A DNA stretch of 40,342 bases from Myxococcota bacterium. GTDB taxonomy: Bacteria > Myxococcota_A > Polyangia > Nannocystales > Nannocystaceae. Below the pieces are notes generated by a model. It was not told the origin of the DNA. It ran no database searches and saw only the letters and a program-made list of their open reading frames with translations. Position 1 is the first letter of the stretch. Every line of letters starts with the position of its first letter. Both the position numbers and the translations under genes were made by a program. The DNA is taken from assembly GCA_039028615.1 (NCBI GenBank), contig JBCCHT010000067.1, positions 1-40,342 on the forward strand, written 5' to 3'. Of this stretch, positions 38,887 through 40,342 are shown piece by piece.

Positions 38887-40182
38887 ATGCACGCCATCTG
38901 GACTCTCGCCATCAAGGACCTGCGGCTGCTCATCCGCGACCGCTTCTCGCTGTTCTGGGTGCTCGCCTTCCCCCTGCTGCTCGCCCTGTTCTTCGGCTCG
39001 ATGTACAGCACGGGCAGCGGCGATCGAGCCGCCATGAAGATCGTGGTGGTCGACGACTCGGGCGGCAAGGCCTCACAGTTCGTCGAGCGCCTGTCCGAGT
39101 CGGCCGCCATGGAGGTCGACAGCGTCGAGTCCCTCGACGACGCCCGCGACCTCGTGCGACGCGGCGCCCGAGTGGCCTTCGTGCACATCCGCCCCGGGTT
39201 CTCGGACGGGGGGTTCGCGATGTTCGCCGGAGGCTCGAGCGACGGCGCGCTGATCGGCCTGGGCGTGGACCCGGCCCGCTCCGCCGAGCGAGGGATGCTC
39301 CAAGGCTTGGTCACCCAGGCCCTGTTCGCGGGAACGATGGAGCAGATGACCAACCCCACGCAGATGCGAGAGCAGACCGATCGCATCCGCGAGCAGCTGA
39401 GCACCGATCTCCCGGCCGGCTCGCAGCAGCGCCAGAGCCTGTCCGCGCTGATGGACGCGCTCGATCAAGTCAGCGAAATCTCCACGCCGCGGGGCGACGC
39501 CACCGAGCCCTCCGCCTCGGCCCCCGCGATGGGCGAAGGCCTCGTCGAGGCGGTGGACATCGATCGCGACCGCAGCGGCCGCCCGCGCTCGGGCTACGAG
39601 ATCACCTTCCCCTCCTCGATGGTCTGGGGCCTGATGGGCTGCGCCACCGCGTTCGCGACCACGCTCGTCCGTGAGCGCCGGGCGGGCACCCTGCTCCGCC
39701 TGCACGTCTCTCCGCTGTCCCGCGCTCACGTCCTTGCCGGCAAGGGCCTGGCCTGCATCCTCGCCGGGCTGGGCGCGAGCACGCTGCTGCTGCTCATGGG
39801 GATGCTGTTCCTCGGGGTACGGGTGGGCAACCCGGCCCTGCTCGTCGTGGCCCTGCTCGCGGCCTCGCTGTGCTTCACCGGCCTCATGCTGGTCATGTCC
39901 GTGATCGGTCGGACCGAGGCCGCGGTCGCTGGCGGTTCGTGGGTCATCATGATGCCCCTGGCGATGATCGGCGGCGGCATGATTCCGCTGATCGCCATGC
40001 CGCCCTGGCTGCTCGCCGCCAGCGACTTCAGCCCCTTCAAGTGGGCGATCTACGCCATCGAGGGGGCCGTGTGGCGCGACTTCTCCCTCGCCGAGCTGCT
40101 GCCCTCGGTCGGCATCTTGGTGGGCATCGCCGCCGCGCTGTTCGGCGTGGGAATCGTGGTCTTGCGGCGCCGCAGTCTGTAG
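38887..40182 (+). CDS. ABC-2 type permease
   Basis: KDLRLLIRD start, N-terminal TM, large extracytoplasmic loop, ERRAGTLLRL and further TMs. Confidence 0.92.
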   Translation: MHAIWTLAIKDLRLLIRDRFSLFWVLAFPLLLALFFGSMYSTGSGDRAAMKIVVVDDSGGKASQFVERLSESAAMEVDSVESLDDARDLVRRGARVAFVHIRPGFSDGGFAMFAGGSSDGALIGLGVDPARSAERGMLQGLVTQALFAGTMEQMTNPTQMREQTDRIREQLSTDLPAGSQQRQSLSALMDALDQVSEISTPRGDATEPSASAPAMGEGLVEAVDIDRDRSGRPRSGYEITFPSSMVWGLMGCATAFATTLVRERRAGTLLRLHVSPLSRAHVLAGKGLACILAGLGASTLLLLMGMLFLGVRVGNPALLVVALLAASLCFTGLMLVMSVIGRTEAAVAGGSWVIMMPLAMIGGGMIPLIAMPPWLLAASDFSPFKWAIYAIEGAVWRDFSLAELLPSVGILVGIAAALFGVGIVVLRRRSL

Positions 40183-40215
40183 CGCCTCGCCCGGCGACTG
40201 TGGGACACTGGCTTC

Positions 40216-40342
40216 GTGTCCCCCGCTGGACCGCCTCCGCCGCCGCCTCCAGCCCCGTTTCTGATGCGGATCTGGAACGCCGCGCCCTGGCCCATGGGCG
40301 CGCTCGACGGTGGCGGACGCGTGCTCTTTGCCAATGCCGCGC
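40216..40342 (+). CDS. Probable PAS-domain protein (5' fragment)
   Basis: Hand translation from GTG 40216 gives ...RIWNAAPWPMGALDGGGRVLFANAA, matching the start of a PAS fold; open to the window end. Confidence 0.55.
   Translation, partial: MSPAGPPPPPPPAPFLMRIWNAAPWPMGALDGGGRVLFANAA

Overview
High-GC bacterial DNA, most likely a myxobacterium (inference from T2SS layout, Cys-rich lipoproteins and a kinase-TM-TPR protein). 1-11.6 kb (minus strand): type II secretion cluster gspC-D-E-F-G-H-I-J-K (gspK runs off the window edge). It is headed by a sigma54 enhancer-binding response regulator that carries a near-consensus -24/-12 promoter and candidate enhancer repeats upstream. 11.8-17.4 kb: alpha/beta hydrolase, two lipoproteins (one FG-GAP/VCBS repeat) and a membrane Ser/Thr kinase. 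17.5-24.5 kb: two tightly coupled giant genes (~972 and 1359 aa) with no recognisable catalytic motif, signal peptide or TM helix; this is the best candidate for an undescribed system. 24.5-32.6 kb: divergent cytochrome P450 / FAD monooxygenase pair, LamG lipoprotein, DUF924 protein, kinase-TPR. 32.6-40.3 kb: PlsB-like acyltransferase coupled to a GpsA-like protein lacking the usual catalytic residues, D-amino acid oxidase, an SDR-CPBP protease fusion, an ABC-2 exporter and the start of a probable PAS protein. No rRNA, tRNA, CRISPR array or mobile element was seen. All calls are by eye from motifs; no database searches were run.
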